Assembly (NCBI GenBank): GCA_017547755.1
Contig: JAFYOX010000089.1
Span: 1,643-65,642, forward strand
DNA from: Clostridia bacterium
Lineage (GTDB): Bacteria; Bacillota; Clostridia; Oscillospirales; CAG-272
DNA: 64,000 nucleotides
Direction of reading: 5' to 3'
This document shows positions 26,829 through 35,384 of this stretch, in pieces (position 1 is the first letter of the stretch; each line of letters opens with the position of its first letter). Under the pieces are notes generated by a model. It had not been told where the DNA came from. It made no database searches and saw only the letters and a program-made list of their open reading frames with translations. A program made the translations under genes and the position numbers.

Positions 26829-27938
26829 GTGAACGATAAGGTCAACAGAAAACTGCTTGCCGCATCCGGCATTGCCGCCGTGATCTTCGCGGTCAGCGCG
26901 CTTCTGCTCGGCATTCTGGAACTGACCGTGTCCGGCATCTCCGGCTCGATCGATTTTCTCGATGCCGGGGAACGCTGGTCGTCATCCGGTGACCGGTTTG
27001 CCGTCATCACGCTGTATGCCGAGGAAAGCGCGGCAATGTCCGGCGATCAGGTCAAATCATGGGTGCGCGGCATCGATGCGAAACTGCTTGAATCCTCCGT
27101 TGCGCCGAACGAAAACGCCAGATCGTGGGCATACACCTACGCCGCCGAAGAAACCATGACCGTCTACGGTCCGAAGGACAAGGCGACGGCGGAGGTGATC
27201 GCGGCAGGCGGAGACTTCTTCGTCTTCCATCCGCAGATGTTCGTCTACGGATCGGCATTTCTGAACGATGAATCCAACCCGAACGGCGTGGTCATCGACG
27301 AAGACCTCGCATGGAAGATCTTCGGTGCGACCGACATCGTCGGCATGGAAATGACGGTGGACGGCGTCCCGTTCACCGTGACCGGCGTCAGCCGCCGGGC
27401 TTTTGACCGCGGGATCTACGATTACACTTACGGAGAGCGTCCGCGGATGTACATGAGCTACGCCGGATACGTCAAACTGCGCGGTGACGGGGAGCATATC
27501 ACGATGTTCGAGACCGCTCTGCCGAATGCCGTCCGCGGCTTCGCGCAGAATATCTTCAGCAGTGCCGTTACCGCCAACGAGGAAACCATGAGCGTCATGG
27601 AAGCCTCCGACCGGTTCTCGCTCATGAACCGGTACGCGAATATGAAAATTCTGAAATATTCGTGGATCCGCGAAAATAAAATTGAGTATCCCTACTGGGA
27701 AAACGAAGCGCGTACCGCCGATTTCCGCTGTGCGATCCTCATGATCTTTGAGGTGATCCTTGCGGCGGCAGCGGTCTCTTCCATGCTCGTATCCTTTGTT
27801 CTTCTGCGTTCCTCCGGCTGGACCGTGACGGACAGCGTGAAGAATCTGTATTCAAAATCCAGCAAAAACCAAAGAAAAAAACGGCGTACACCGCCGGAAA
27901 ATCCGCAGAATATCCGAAGAAAGAGGGGAAATCCATGA
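26829..27938 (+). CDS. MacB-like periplasmic-core-domain membrane protein
   Basis: GTG start after GAAGGTGG; GGDFFVFH...GSAF...VVIDEDLAWKIFGATDIVGMEMTVDGVPFTVTGV; only two TM segments apparent. Confidence 0.75.
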   Translation: MNDKVNRKLLAASGIAAVIFAVSALLLGILELTVSGISGSIDFLDAGERWSSSGDRFAVITLYAEESAAMSGDQVKSWVRGIDAKLLESSVAPNENARSWAYTYAAEETMTVYGPKDKATAEVIAAGGDFFVFHPQMFVYGSAFLNDESNPNGVVIDEDLAWKIFGATDIVGMEMTVDGVPFTVTGVSRRAFDRGIYDYTYGERPRMYMSYAGYVKLRGDGEHITMFETALPNAVRGFAQNIFSSAVTANEETMSVMEASDRFSLMNRYANMKILKYSWIRENKIEYPYWENEARTADFRCAILMIFEVILAAAAVSSMLVSFVLLRSSGWTVTDSVKNLYSKSSKNQRKKRRTPPENPQNIRRKRGNP

Positions 27939-30376
27939 GAAAATACTCTGTGAAGAAAATTGCATCCGCGGCGCTTGCCGTAGTGATGGCGGCTTCCTCG
28001 CTGACCGCCCTGTCGTCATGCGGAAAAAAGGAACCCGTGAAGGAAAAGCGAACCAACGTCTACAGCGGCATCGAGATCACCCTGCCGGAAGGCGTGGACT
28101 ATGTCCAGAATCTGTTCCATGCAGGGGAAAATATCTGCATGATGTACAACAAGGTGTTCACCATCACCTACAACGAATCCGGCGAGGAAGTCGGACGTGT
28201 TCCCGGATACCAGTGGGATAGCGAAGGGCTGCAGGACGGCTGGTGGCAGGACTACCAGACCTCCAACTATGTTGCGACCCTGGATTCCGCATCCGGTGAG
28301 ATCAGCGAAGTGAAGATCGACGTGATCCAGAACGATACCGGCAACAGCTATATGCACAGTATGCGCGGCGGTGCGGACGGCACCGCATGGGCGCTGATTA
28401 ACACCTGGGAATATGCCGATGACTATTCATGGTCACGGAACACCTACACGCTCCGCGCGGTCGATCCGGTGAGCGGTGAAATGAGCGAAGGCGTCCTTCT
28501 CAACGACGCTCTGCTGAATGCCGGAATCGACGAAGCGAATATGTACATCAACAATTTCGTCGTTACGGAAGCCGGTAAGATCTATCTCAGCACCGATACC
28601 TGCATCGTCGGCGTCGACCGGAACGGTACCTTCAAGGAAAAGATCCAGCTCGATGAAGACGGCTGGATGAACGGTATGTTCGCACATGGCGAAAAGCTCT
28701 ACACCCTGTTCTATCCCAACAGCGGAAGTCAGAAGCTCAAGGTGATCGAAGACGGCAAGATCACCGACATTTCCACTGAAACGCTCAAAGACATCATGCA
28801 GGCGGCGTACAGCTTCTACGGATTCTCCGATACGAAGATGTACTACAGCACCAATTCCGGCATCCATGTCTATGACTTTACCACCGACACCACGGCGGAA
28901 CTCATGAACTACATCAATTCCGACGTGGATTCCGGCAGTACCGGCAGTGCGGTGGTTCTTCCTGACGAACGGATCGCCATCGTGCAGACCGACTGGAGCA
29001 GCGATGTATCGACGAACACTGTGGCTCTTCTCAGCCGTGTGCCGGACGAACAGCTTCAGGAAGAGATCATTCTCGATCTCGGCTGTCTCTACAGCGATTA
29101 TTATCTCACCAAGGCGATCATCAAGTTCAACAAGCAGAACACCGGCGTCCGCATCTCCGTGCGTGACTACTCGCAGTACAACAACGAGGACAACGAATGG
29201 AAGGGCGCATCGATCCAGTTCAACAACGACATCGTGACGGGCAATGTACCGGATATCGTTCTTCTCAGCTCCGAACTTCCGGCGGAAAGCTACTTCCAGA
29301 AGGGACTGTTTGCCGATCTGTACAGCTTCATGGATGATCCGGAGATCGGCGTCAGCCGCGCGGATTATCTGGAAAACGTTCTGAAGGCGTGTGAAGTGGA
29401 CGGAAAGCTGTACTCCATGATCCTTTCCTTCACGCTCAGCACGCTTGCCGCAAAGAGCGAATTTGTCGGCACCGAATCCGGCTGGACGCTCGCCGAAATG
29501 ATGGAAGTGATCCGGAATATGCCGGAAGGTATGTCCGCGTTCCTCGAATATTCCCGTCAGAATGTGCTCGAAAACTTCTTCTCCTACTCGATGGATACGT
29601 TCGTCAACTGGGAGACCGGTGAGACCTATTTTGAAGACGAAGGCTTCGTGGAATTCATGAAATTCCTTGAAACCTGCCCCGAAAAGGGATTCTGGGAAGC
29701 GATGTATCCCGATGACGGCACCGAATACGTCTACGATGAAGAACTGGAAAAGGAATACTACCAGAAGTATGACCTGCGTTTCTACAAGGATTATTCGCTG
29801 TTCAGCATGGCGAATATTTCCAACTTCACCCGTATCATGAACGACCGCGGCATGTTTGCGACCAAGGATATCACCTACATCGGCTTCCCGACGAACGATG
29901 AATCTTCCAACGGTGCAACGATCCTGCCGCAGGCGGAACTGGCGGTCAGCGCACAGTCCCTCGCACAGAGAGAAGCGTGGAGCTTCATCAAGTTCGTTCT
30001 GAACGATGAAACCTACAACGCGAATACCTGGGCGTTTTCGACCAACCTCCGCCGTCTGGAAGAAAAGAAGGCGAAGGCTGCCGACGATTATTATTACTAC
30101 GAACAGACCGAAGACGATCTCGCATGGTACAAGGAATACTATTCGGAAGAATACTTCCAGTACATGCTGACCCGCAACCAGCCTCTTGATGAATCCACCA
30201 TCGATCAGACGATGGACATCATCAGGGGAGCGTCCAAGGTCCAGCGCAGCGACAGCGCCCTTCTTGATATCATCAACGAAGAACTGTCCGTCTTCTTCTC
30301 CGGCACCCGCTCCGCCGAAGAAACCGCAAAGATCATCAACAGCCGCGCAAGAATTTATGTGAGCGAAAATTCATAA
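27935..30376 (+). CDS. Large solute-binding lipoprotein (N-terminal beta-rich domain plus C-terminal CUT1-type SBP)
   Basis: 813 aa; lipobox LSSC; IIKFNKQN, GNVPDIV, EAWSFIKF, SAEETAKII. Confidence 0.8.
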   Translation: MRKYSVKKIASAALAVVMAASSLTALSSCGKKEPVKEKRTNVYSGIEITLPEGVDYVQNLFHAGENICMMYNKVFTITYNESGEEVGRVPGYQWDSEGLQDGWWQDYQTSNYVATLDSASGEISEVKIDVIQNDTGNSYMHSMRGGADGTAWALINTWEYADDYSWSRNTYTLRAVDPVSGEMSEGVLLNDALLNAGIDEANMYINNFVVTEAGKIYLSTDTCIVGVDRNGTFKEKIQLDEDGWMNGMFAHGEKLYTLFYPNSGSQKLKVIEDGKITDISTETLKDIMQAAYSFYGFSDTKMYYSTNSGIHVYDFTTDTTAELMNYINSDVDSGSTGSAVVLPDERIAIVQTDWSSDVSTNTVALLSRVPDEQLQEEIILDLGCLYSDYYLTKAIIKFNKQNTGVRISVRDYSQYNNEDNEWKGASIQFNNDIVTGNVPDIVLLSSELPAESYFQKGLFADLYSFMDDPEIGVSRADYLENVLKACEVDGKLYSMILSFTLSTLAAKSEFVGTESGWTLAEMMEVIRNMPEGMSAFLEYSRQNVLENFFSYSMDTFVNWETGETYFEDEGFVEFMKFLETCPEKGFWEAMYPDDGTEYVYDEELEKEYYQKYDLRFYKDYSLFSMANISNFTRIMNDRGMFATKDITYIGFPTNDESSNGATILPQAELAVSAQSLAQREAWSFIKFVLNDETYNANTWAFSTNLRRLEEKKAKAADDYYYYEQTEDDLAWYKEYYSEEYFQYMLTRNQPLDESTIDQTMDIIRGASKVQRSDSALLDIINEELSVFFSGTRSAEETAKIINSRARIYVSENS

Positions 30377-30385
30377 AAAAAGAGG

Positions 30386-30426
30386 ATCGGGGAAACCTTA
30401 TGAGAAAGGTTTCCCCGATTTTTTTG
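30386..30426. terminator. REP-like palindrome copy 4, probably acting as a bidirectional terminator
   Basis: ATCGGGGAAACCTT-ATGAGA-AAGGTTTCCCCGAT with flanking A and T runs, between convergent genes. Confidence 0.7.
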
Positions 30427-30431
30427 ACGTA

Positions 30432-30641
30432 TTACTGGAAAAGCAGACATCCCTCGTTGCGGAAATGTTCGATGCGTTCCCTGAGACGTTCTTCGGTGCT
30501 GCCGGTGTATTCGGCAAGGCAGGTAAGACAGAAGAATTCCGTCGCCCCGCGGTTGATCATCTTCTTGTGGATGCCGATCTCGTCATAAGTCAGCTTCCGT
30601 CCGCACTTCTTGCAGCACGGCTGTGCAGTATTGTTGTTCAT
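30432..30641 (-). CDS. Small Cys-motif (putative zinc-binding) hypothetical protein
   Basis: 69 aa; CKKCG...FCLTCLA...GCLLF. Confidence 0.65.
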   Translation of the reverse strand: MNNNTAQPCCKKCGRKLTYDEIGIHKKMINRGATEFFCLTCLAEYTGSTEERLRERIEHFRNEGCLLFQ

Positions 30642-30666
30642 ATGGATTTACTTATGTGTTCTTAAT

Positions 30667-30722
30667 AAAAGGTTTTGGAAAGGGGAGAACCTTTTCCGAA
30701 AAAAGGTTCTCCCCGGGAAAAA
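30667..30722 (-). repeat. REP-like palindrome copy 5 (after the GH27 gene)
   Basis: Minus strand: GGGGAGAACCTTTT-TTCGG-AAAAGGTTCTCCCC then TTTCCAAAACCTTTT. Confidence 0.7.
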
Positions 30723-30724
30723 AC

Positions 30725-31843
30725 TTATTTCTGTTCAAGAGTACCGCGGTAGATCTTGCAGTCGTGAGATGCTACGTGTACGTCCATGTTTTCGGTGATG
30801 AGGCCGGTTTCTTCGCCGGTGAAGATGTCACGGAACTTGAAGCCGTAGCCGGAAGCAACGGTGAGACCGAGGTCGTAGAATTCTACGCCGCAGTGACCGT
30901 CGCGGTCGGAGAAGTTGAAGAATGCGAGAACGTATTCGCCGTTTGCCATGTGCTTGAAGAATACGGGACGGTCGCCGCCGCCGATCATCATCGGAGGACG
31001 TGCTTCGATGTCCTGGTTGATGTCGATGAGTTCCTTGTTCTTGAGGAGTTCAAGGTTGAAGTCGTCGAGCTTGTTGAGGTCGCCGCCGATCATGAGCGGG
31101 GACTGGAACAGGCACCACAGAGCGAAGTGGGTACGGTATTCGATGTCGGAGCAGCCGCCGTTGGCAACGTTGCCCTTGCCGTGCATACCGCAGATGAGCA
31201 TGTCGATGTCGTTGTAGCAGCCGGGGCCGGAGTAAGCGAGCTTGTCAACCTGGCTCATTGCGATATCCTTGAAGCTCTGGAAGCTGTCGTTGATGTCGCC
31301 GGTGGAGCGATACATGTGAGCGCCAGTGGAACGGATCCACTTTTCAACTTCGTTGGAACCCCAGTTGCACGCGGAGAAGAGGATTTCACGGCCGCTTGCC
31401 TTGAGAGCCATACCCATTCTGTTGTAGAGGATCGGACCGTGTGCAAGACGCGGCTTGTAGCAGAAGTCGTATTTCAGGAAGTCAACGTCCCATTCTGCGA
31501 AGGTCTTTGCGTCAACGAATTCGTAGTCGAAGGAACCCGGGTAGCCGGCACAGGTACGGGTACCTGCACAGGAGTACATACCGAACTTCAGACCCTTGGA
31601 GTGAACGTATTCAGCGAGAGCCTTCATGCCGGACGGGAACTTTTCGGGGTCAGCAACCATCTTGCCTTCTGCGTTTCTCTTGCGGAGAGACCAGCAGTCG
31701 TCGATAACAACGTATTCGTAACCAACGTCCTTCAGGCCCTTTTCAATGATCGCGTCAGCGGTTTCGCGTACAACCTGTTCGTTGATCGCGCCGCCGAAGG
31801 TGTTCCAGGAGTTCCAACCCATCGGGGGTCTCTGTGCTAACAT
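30725..31843 (-). CDS. GH27 alpha-galactosidase
   Basis: PPMGWNSWN, IDDCW, KFPSGMK, GLKFGMY, DFLKYDFC, YNDIDML. Confidence 0.93.
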   Translation of the reverse strand: MLAQRPPMGWNSWNTFGGAINEQVVRETADAIIEKGLKDVGYEYVVIDDCWSLRKRNAEGKMVADPEKFPSGMKALAEYVHSKGLKFGMYSCAGTRTCAGYPGSFDYEFVDAKTFAEWDVDFLKYDFCYKPRLAHGPILYNRMGMALKASGREILFSACNWGSNEVEKWIRSTGAHMYRSTGDINDSFQSFKDIAMSQVDKLAYSGPGCYNDIDMLICGMHGKGNVANGGCSDIEYRTHFALWCLFQSPLMIGGDLNKLDDFNLELLKNKELIDINQDIEARPPMMIGGGDRPVFFKHMANGEYVLAFFNFSDRDGHCGVEFYDLGLTVASGYGFKFRDIFTGEETGLITENMDVHVASHDCKIYRGTLEQK

Positions 31844-31905
31844 AATTTTTGTCTCCTTTATTTGGTAAATTTAATAATTCGCACATTGGCGTATTTTACC
31901 TCATT

Positions 31906-31934
31906 ATGATAGCACAATTTGTGCGCTTTGTCAA
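31906..31934 (-). promoter_or_regulatory. sigma-A promoter of the GH27 gene, with a small palindrome in the spacer
   Basis: TTGACA-N17-TATCAT; GCACA-AAT-TGTGC within the spacer. Confidence 0.6.
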
Positions 31935-31960
31935 TAGGATTGCAAGGATTACGACAGTCG

Positions 31961-32473
31961 TTATTTCGATTTCGGCGTCAGGAGCAGAAAGGGCAGACCC
32001 GCTTCCGCCGTATTTCCGGCGGTCGTTACGGAAGTATACGCGTCCGTATTGGTGACGATCACCGGTGTGACGATGTCGTAACCGGCATTCCGGATGCCGT
32101 CGAGATCCGCTTCGATCAGCACATCCCCAGCTTTTACACGGTCGCCGGCGGCTACCGGGATTTTGAAGTACTTTCCGTCCAGTTCCACGGTGTCAAGTCC
32201 CACGTGGATCAGCAGTTCCGCACCGCTGTCGGTGGTCATGGAAATTGCATGACAGGTGTGCGGCACCGCTTCGATAAGCGCATCCGCGGGAGCGGTGAAT
32301 GTTCCGCATTCGGGAAGGATGGCGGCACCGCTGCCGAGGATGTGCTCGGAAAACGTTGGATCGCTGACCTCGCAAAGGGGAACGATGCGCCCGGAAACCG
32401 GTGCGCTGAGAGTGATCACCTCGTCGTGTGCGGCAGTATTTTTCCGCTGACGGATATTTCTTAACAGATTCAT
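31961..32473 (-). CDS. Stand-alone PTS glucose-family EIIA component
   Basis: APVSG, VSDPTFS, HAISM, ELLIHVGLDTVEL (phospho-His); second ATG chosen by SD spacing. Confidence 0.9.
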   Translation of the reverse strand: MNLLRNIRQRKNTAAHDEVITLSAPVSGRIVPLCEVSDPTFSEHILGSGAAILPECGTFTAPADALIEAVPHTCHAISMTTDSGAELLIHVGLDTVELDGKYFKIPVAAGDRVKAGDVLIEADLDGIRNAGYDIVTPVIVTNTDAYTSVTTAGNTAEAGLPFLLLTPKSK

Positions 32474-32542
32474 GGGCATACCTCCGGTAAGTTGATCGGT
32501 ATTCGGAGATAGGATTGCCGGAAATCACGCGGAATATCCGGG

Positions 32543-32578
32543 AAAAACAAAAAGCCCACAGAATCTTGTTCTGTGAGC
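32543..32578 (-). terminator. Intrinsic terminator after the zinc-ribbon gene
   Basis: GCTCACAGAA-CAAGA-TTCTGTGGGC-TTTTTGTTTTT on minus strand. Confidence 0.75.
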
Positions 32579-32597
32579 CGTTTGGTTCGGGGGGAGA

Positions 32598-33149
32598 TTA
32601 TTCAGCCTTGTCTTCTTCTGCGGTTTCTTCGCAGCAGCAGCAGGGTTCTTCCGCGGTTTCTTCACAGCAGCATTCGCAGGTGCATTCTTCCGCAGCTTCT
32701 TCGCAGCAGCATTCGCATTCGCAGTCACATTCAGCTTCGCATTCGCATTCACATTCGCAGCATTCGCAGGTTTCTTCTGCCGGAGCGGGCTTTTCGATCT
32801 TGGAGCCGCAGAAATTGCAGAATGCAAAGTCAGCGTTTACTTCGTTGCCGCAGTTTTCGCATACGATCACGTTGCGGAGAGCAGCGATTTCGGACTTGAA
32901 GTTAGCGATGTCAGCCTTGATCTTGTCAGCCTTCATGATGTTTGCAGCGATGTCGCTGGTAAAATCTTCGCCGGTGCGTTCTGCGGTGTAGAAGAGACGG
33001 CCGATTTCTTCGTAAACGGCGCCGAGTCTGGTTTCCGCATTCTTTATATTCATGGCCAGCTTTGCAATATTGGTAATTTCACCGGTCTTCTTGGCAGCCT
33101 TGGTTGCAGCGTCGGTAGCACCGCGCTTGATGTTGTTGAAAATGGTCAT
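32598..33149 (-). CDS. Zinc-ribbon domain protein with a Cys/Glu-rich C-terminal tail
   Basis: Helical N-terminus, CENCG..FCNFCG ribbon, tail ..CECCECECECEAECDCECECCCEE..; SD AAAGGA, own promoter and terminator. Confidence 0.8.
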   Translation of the reverse strand: MTIFNNIKRGATDAATKAAKKTGEITNIAKLAMNIKNAETRLGAVYEEIGRLFYTAERTGEDFTSDIAANIMKADKIKADIANFKSEIAALRNVIVCENCGNEVNADFAFCNFCGSKIEKPAPAEETCECCECECECEAECDCECECCCEEAAEECTCECCCEETAEEPCCCCEETAEEDKAE

Positions 33150-33208
33150 TATGAACGATATCCTTTCTAAGTAAGTGTTATGAAACACATATGTTTTTCA
33201 ACATATTT

Positions 33209-33237
33209 ATTATACTATGTTTTTTGTGCAAAGTCAA
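33209..33237 (-). promoter_or_regulatory. sigma-A promoter of the zinc-ribbon gene
   Basis: TTGACT-N17-TATAAT. Confidence 0.65.
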
Positions 33238-33291
33238 ATTAAAATCGGATGAAAAAATGATTAAAATGTAAACAATTCCATGGCGGAATAT

Positions 33292-33321
33292 GAATAAATT
33301 ATGTGTGTGTCCTCCAAACTA
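33292..33321 (+). promoter_or_regulatory. Putative sigma-G (forespore) promoter of spoVAC
   Basis: GAATA-N18-CAAACTA fits the sigma-G consensus; spoVA genes are sigma-G controlled in model spore formers. Confidence 0.55.
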
Positions 33322-33360
33322 ACGGACAAGTCACAAAAAATCGTAGCGGGAGAAGAAAGA

Positions 33361-33804
33361 ATGGACGCAAAAACCTACAAACGATATGCCGCCGCACGCG
33401 CGAAAAAATCACCGCTGGCGAAGGACTGCGCGAAAGCCTTTGTCACGGGAGGACTGATCTGTACCGGCGGGCAGGGGCTTCTCAACCTGTATAAAACGCT
33501 CGGACTGGCGGAGCAGAGTGCCGGGATGATGGTCTCGGTCACGATCGTTTTCATCACGGCTCTGCTGACCGGGTTTGGCGTCTTCGATAAGATCGCCAAG
33601 CACGCCGGAGCCGGAACGGTGGTTCCGATCACGGGATTTGCCAATGCGGTGACTTCCGCCGCCATCGACAACAAAACGGAGGGTCTGATCCTCGGTGTGG
33701 GAAGCAAGATCTTCAGCATTGCCGGACCGGTCATCCTGTACGGCATTTCCGCCGGCGCGGTCTACGGCGTGATCTACTGGGCGCTGACGACGTTTATTCT
33801 GTAG
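33361..33804 (+). CDS. spoVAC: Stage V sporulation protein AC
   Basis: KSPLAKDCAKAFVTGGLIC, FDKIAKHAGAGTVVPITGFANAV, GLILGVGSKIFSIAGPVILYG. Confidence 0.92.
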   Translation: MDAKTYKRYAAARAKKSPLAKDCAKAFVTGGLICTGGQGLLNLYKTLGLAEQSAGMMVSVTIVFITALLTGFGVFDKIAKHAGAGTVVPITGFANAVTSAAIDNKTEGLILGVGSKIFSIAGPVILYGISAGAVYGVIYWALTTFIL

Positions 33805-34402
33805 GATTTGTCCGTTTCGGGAGACCGTATAGAGTCAGATTCAGCACCAGCGTGTTCATCGTCAGCGCGAGTGCGCTGTAGAAAACCGCCGCGGCAGATT
33901 CGAATACCACGCCGGATGCCAGAACGACCGCCGCATCCACCAGAAGAAAAATATACCCCACCTTTACGTCCGGGATCTTCCGCTGGATCAGATGCACCAC
34001 GATGTCCGTGCCGCCGGTCGTTGCATGGTAGCGGAAGATCAGCCCCATGCCGATGCCGGTCAGGACGGCACCGGTGACTGCACAGAAATACGGATCGTCC
34101 CCGACCGGAGGATAGACGAAATGTTCGGCATACGAGATCATCGCGGAGGATACCGTTGTTGCCCAGACGGTCCCGAAGAAAAAGCGTCCGCCGAATACGA
34201 CGGAACCGACGATCAGAAGGGGAAGATTCAGCAGAAAGATCACCGTTCCGCCGTCGACCGCTGTCCAGAGATGCGTCACGATGACGGCGATTCCCGAGAC
34301 TCCTCCGGCGGCAATGTCCGCAGGTTCCAGAAACAGGGCAAATCCGGCGGCGAACAGGGCGCATCCGAAGGTAATGCGTGCATAGCGTTTCAGAATTTCC
34401 AT
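33794..34402 (-). CDS. YitT family membrane protein
   Basis: IAAGGVSGIA, FLLNLPLL, GIGMGLIFR..ATTGGTDIV; start uncertain (34402 or 34435). Confidence 0.8.
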   Translation of the reverse strand: MEILKRYARITFGCALFAAGFALFLEPADIAAGGVSGIAVIVTHLWTAVDGGTVIFLLNLPLLIVGSVVFGGRFFFGTVWATTVSSAMISYAEHFVYPPVGDDPYFCAVTGAVLTGIGMGLIFRYHATTGGTDIVVHLIQRKIPDVKVGYIFLLVDAAVVLASGVVFESAAAVFYSALALTMNTLVLNLTLYGLPKRTNPTE

Positions 34403-34451
34403 GAGTATCCATCCGATGATTTGTTTGAAGTTCAATAAGTGGATTATGGAC

Positions 34452-34480
34452 TTGCATTTCGGGAACTATTCCATTATAAT
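34452..34480 (+). promoter_or_regulatory. sigma-A promoter of murI
   Basis: TTGCAT-N17-TATAAT. Confidence 0.55.
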
Positions 34481-34516
34481 AAAGGAAGATCCAAAATCCC
34501 CTCGGAGGAATTTCAA

Positions 34517-35296
34517 ATGAGCAAAGTCAGAATCGGATTTTTCGACTCCGGGATCGGCGGTATTTCCGTGCTGTCCTATGCACGCCGCCGTCTGCCCGGC
34601 GCCGATTACATATATTACGCCGACACCGATCATGTTCCCTACGGTACGAAATCGCCGGAAGATATCCTGCGCTATTCCGATGCCGCCGTCGGTTTTCTGG
34701 CGGAACAGGGCGTGTCCGCCGTGGTTGTCGCGTGCAATACGGCAACGAGTATGGCGATCTCTTATCTGCGGGAGAAGTATCCGTTCCCGATCGTCGGGAT
34801 GGAACCGGCGGTCAAGCCTGCCGCCGCCGCACATCCGGGCGCGAATATCCTTGTCTGCGCAACGCCCGTGACCATCGCGGGCAAAAAGCTCCACACTCTG
34901 ATCGAGAACAATTATCCGTCCGAAGAACAGCCCGACCTTGTGGGGCTGCCGGGACTGGTCACGTTTGCGGAAAACGGCATTTTCGACTGTGAGACCGTCT
35001 GCGGCTATCTGGAGACCGTGATCGACCGGACGAAAAACTATGCTGCCGTTGTCCTCGGCTGTACGCATTTCGGTTATTTCCGCGACAGTTTCCGTGACCT
35101 TCTCGGCGACATCGACCTGATCGACGGTACCGAAGGAACGGTCAACCGGCTGATCTCGATCCTTTCGCAGAACAGCATCGACGTGCCGGATGCGCAGGGA
35201 AGCACCGCTTTTTATCAGACCGGACGTCCCGTCACGGATCCGGCGGTGCTTGCGTATTACGATCAGCTTCTGACCCGTTCGGAAATTCTGAAATAA
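34517..35296 (+). CDS. murI: Glutamate racemase
   Basis: FDSGIGG, PYGTKS, VACNTAT, VLGCTHF. Confidence 0.95.
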   Translation: MSKVRIGFFDSGIGGISVLSYARRRLPGADYIYYADTDHVPYGTKSPEDILRYSDAAVGFLAEQGVSAVVVACNTATSMAISYLREKYPFPIVGMEPAVKPAAAAHPGANILVCATPVTIAGKKLHTLIENNYPSEEQPDLVGLPGLVTFAENGIFDCETVCGYLETVIDRTKNYAAVVLGCTHFGYFRDSFRDLLGDIDLIDGTEGTVNRLISILSQNSIDVPDAQGSTAFYQTGRPVTDPAVLAYYDQLLTRSEILK

Positions 35297-35320
35297 TTTT
35301 TTGGGAAATTTTCAGAAAAA

Positions 35321-35347
35321 GCAAACTTTTTTCGCTCCGTTTCCGTC
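35321..35347 (+). promoter_or_regulatory. Putative autoregulatory ECF promoter
   Basis: GCAAAC-TTTTTT..N17-CGTC directly upstream of the ECF sigma gene. Confidence 0.5.
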
Positions 35348-35384
35348 TGTATAGGTGTAACCGGTCAGAATGAGGCAAACGAAC

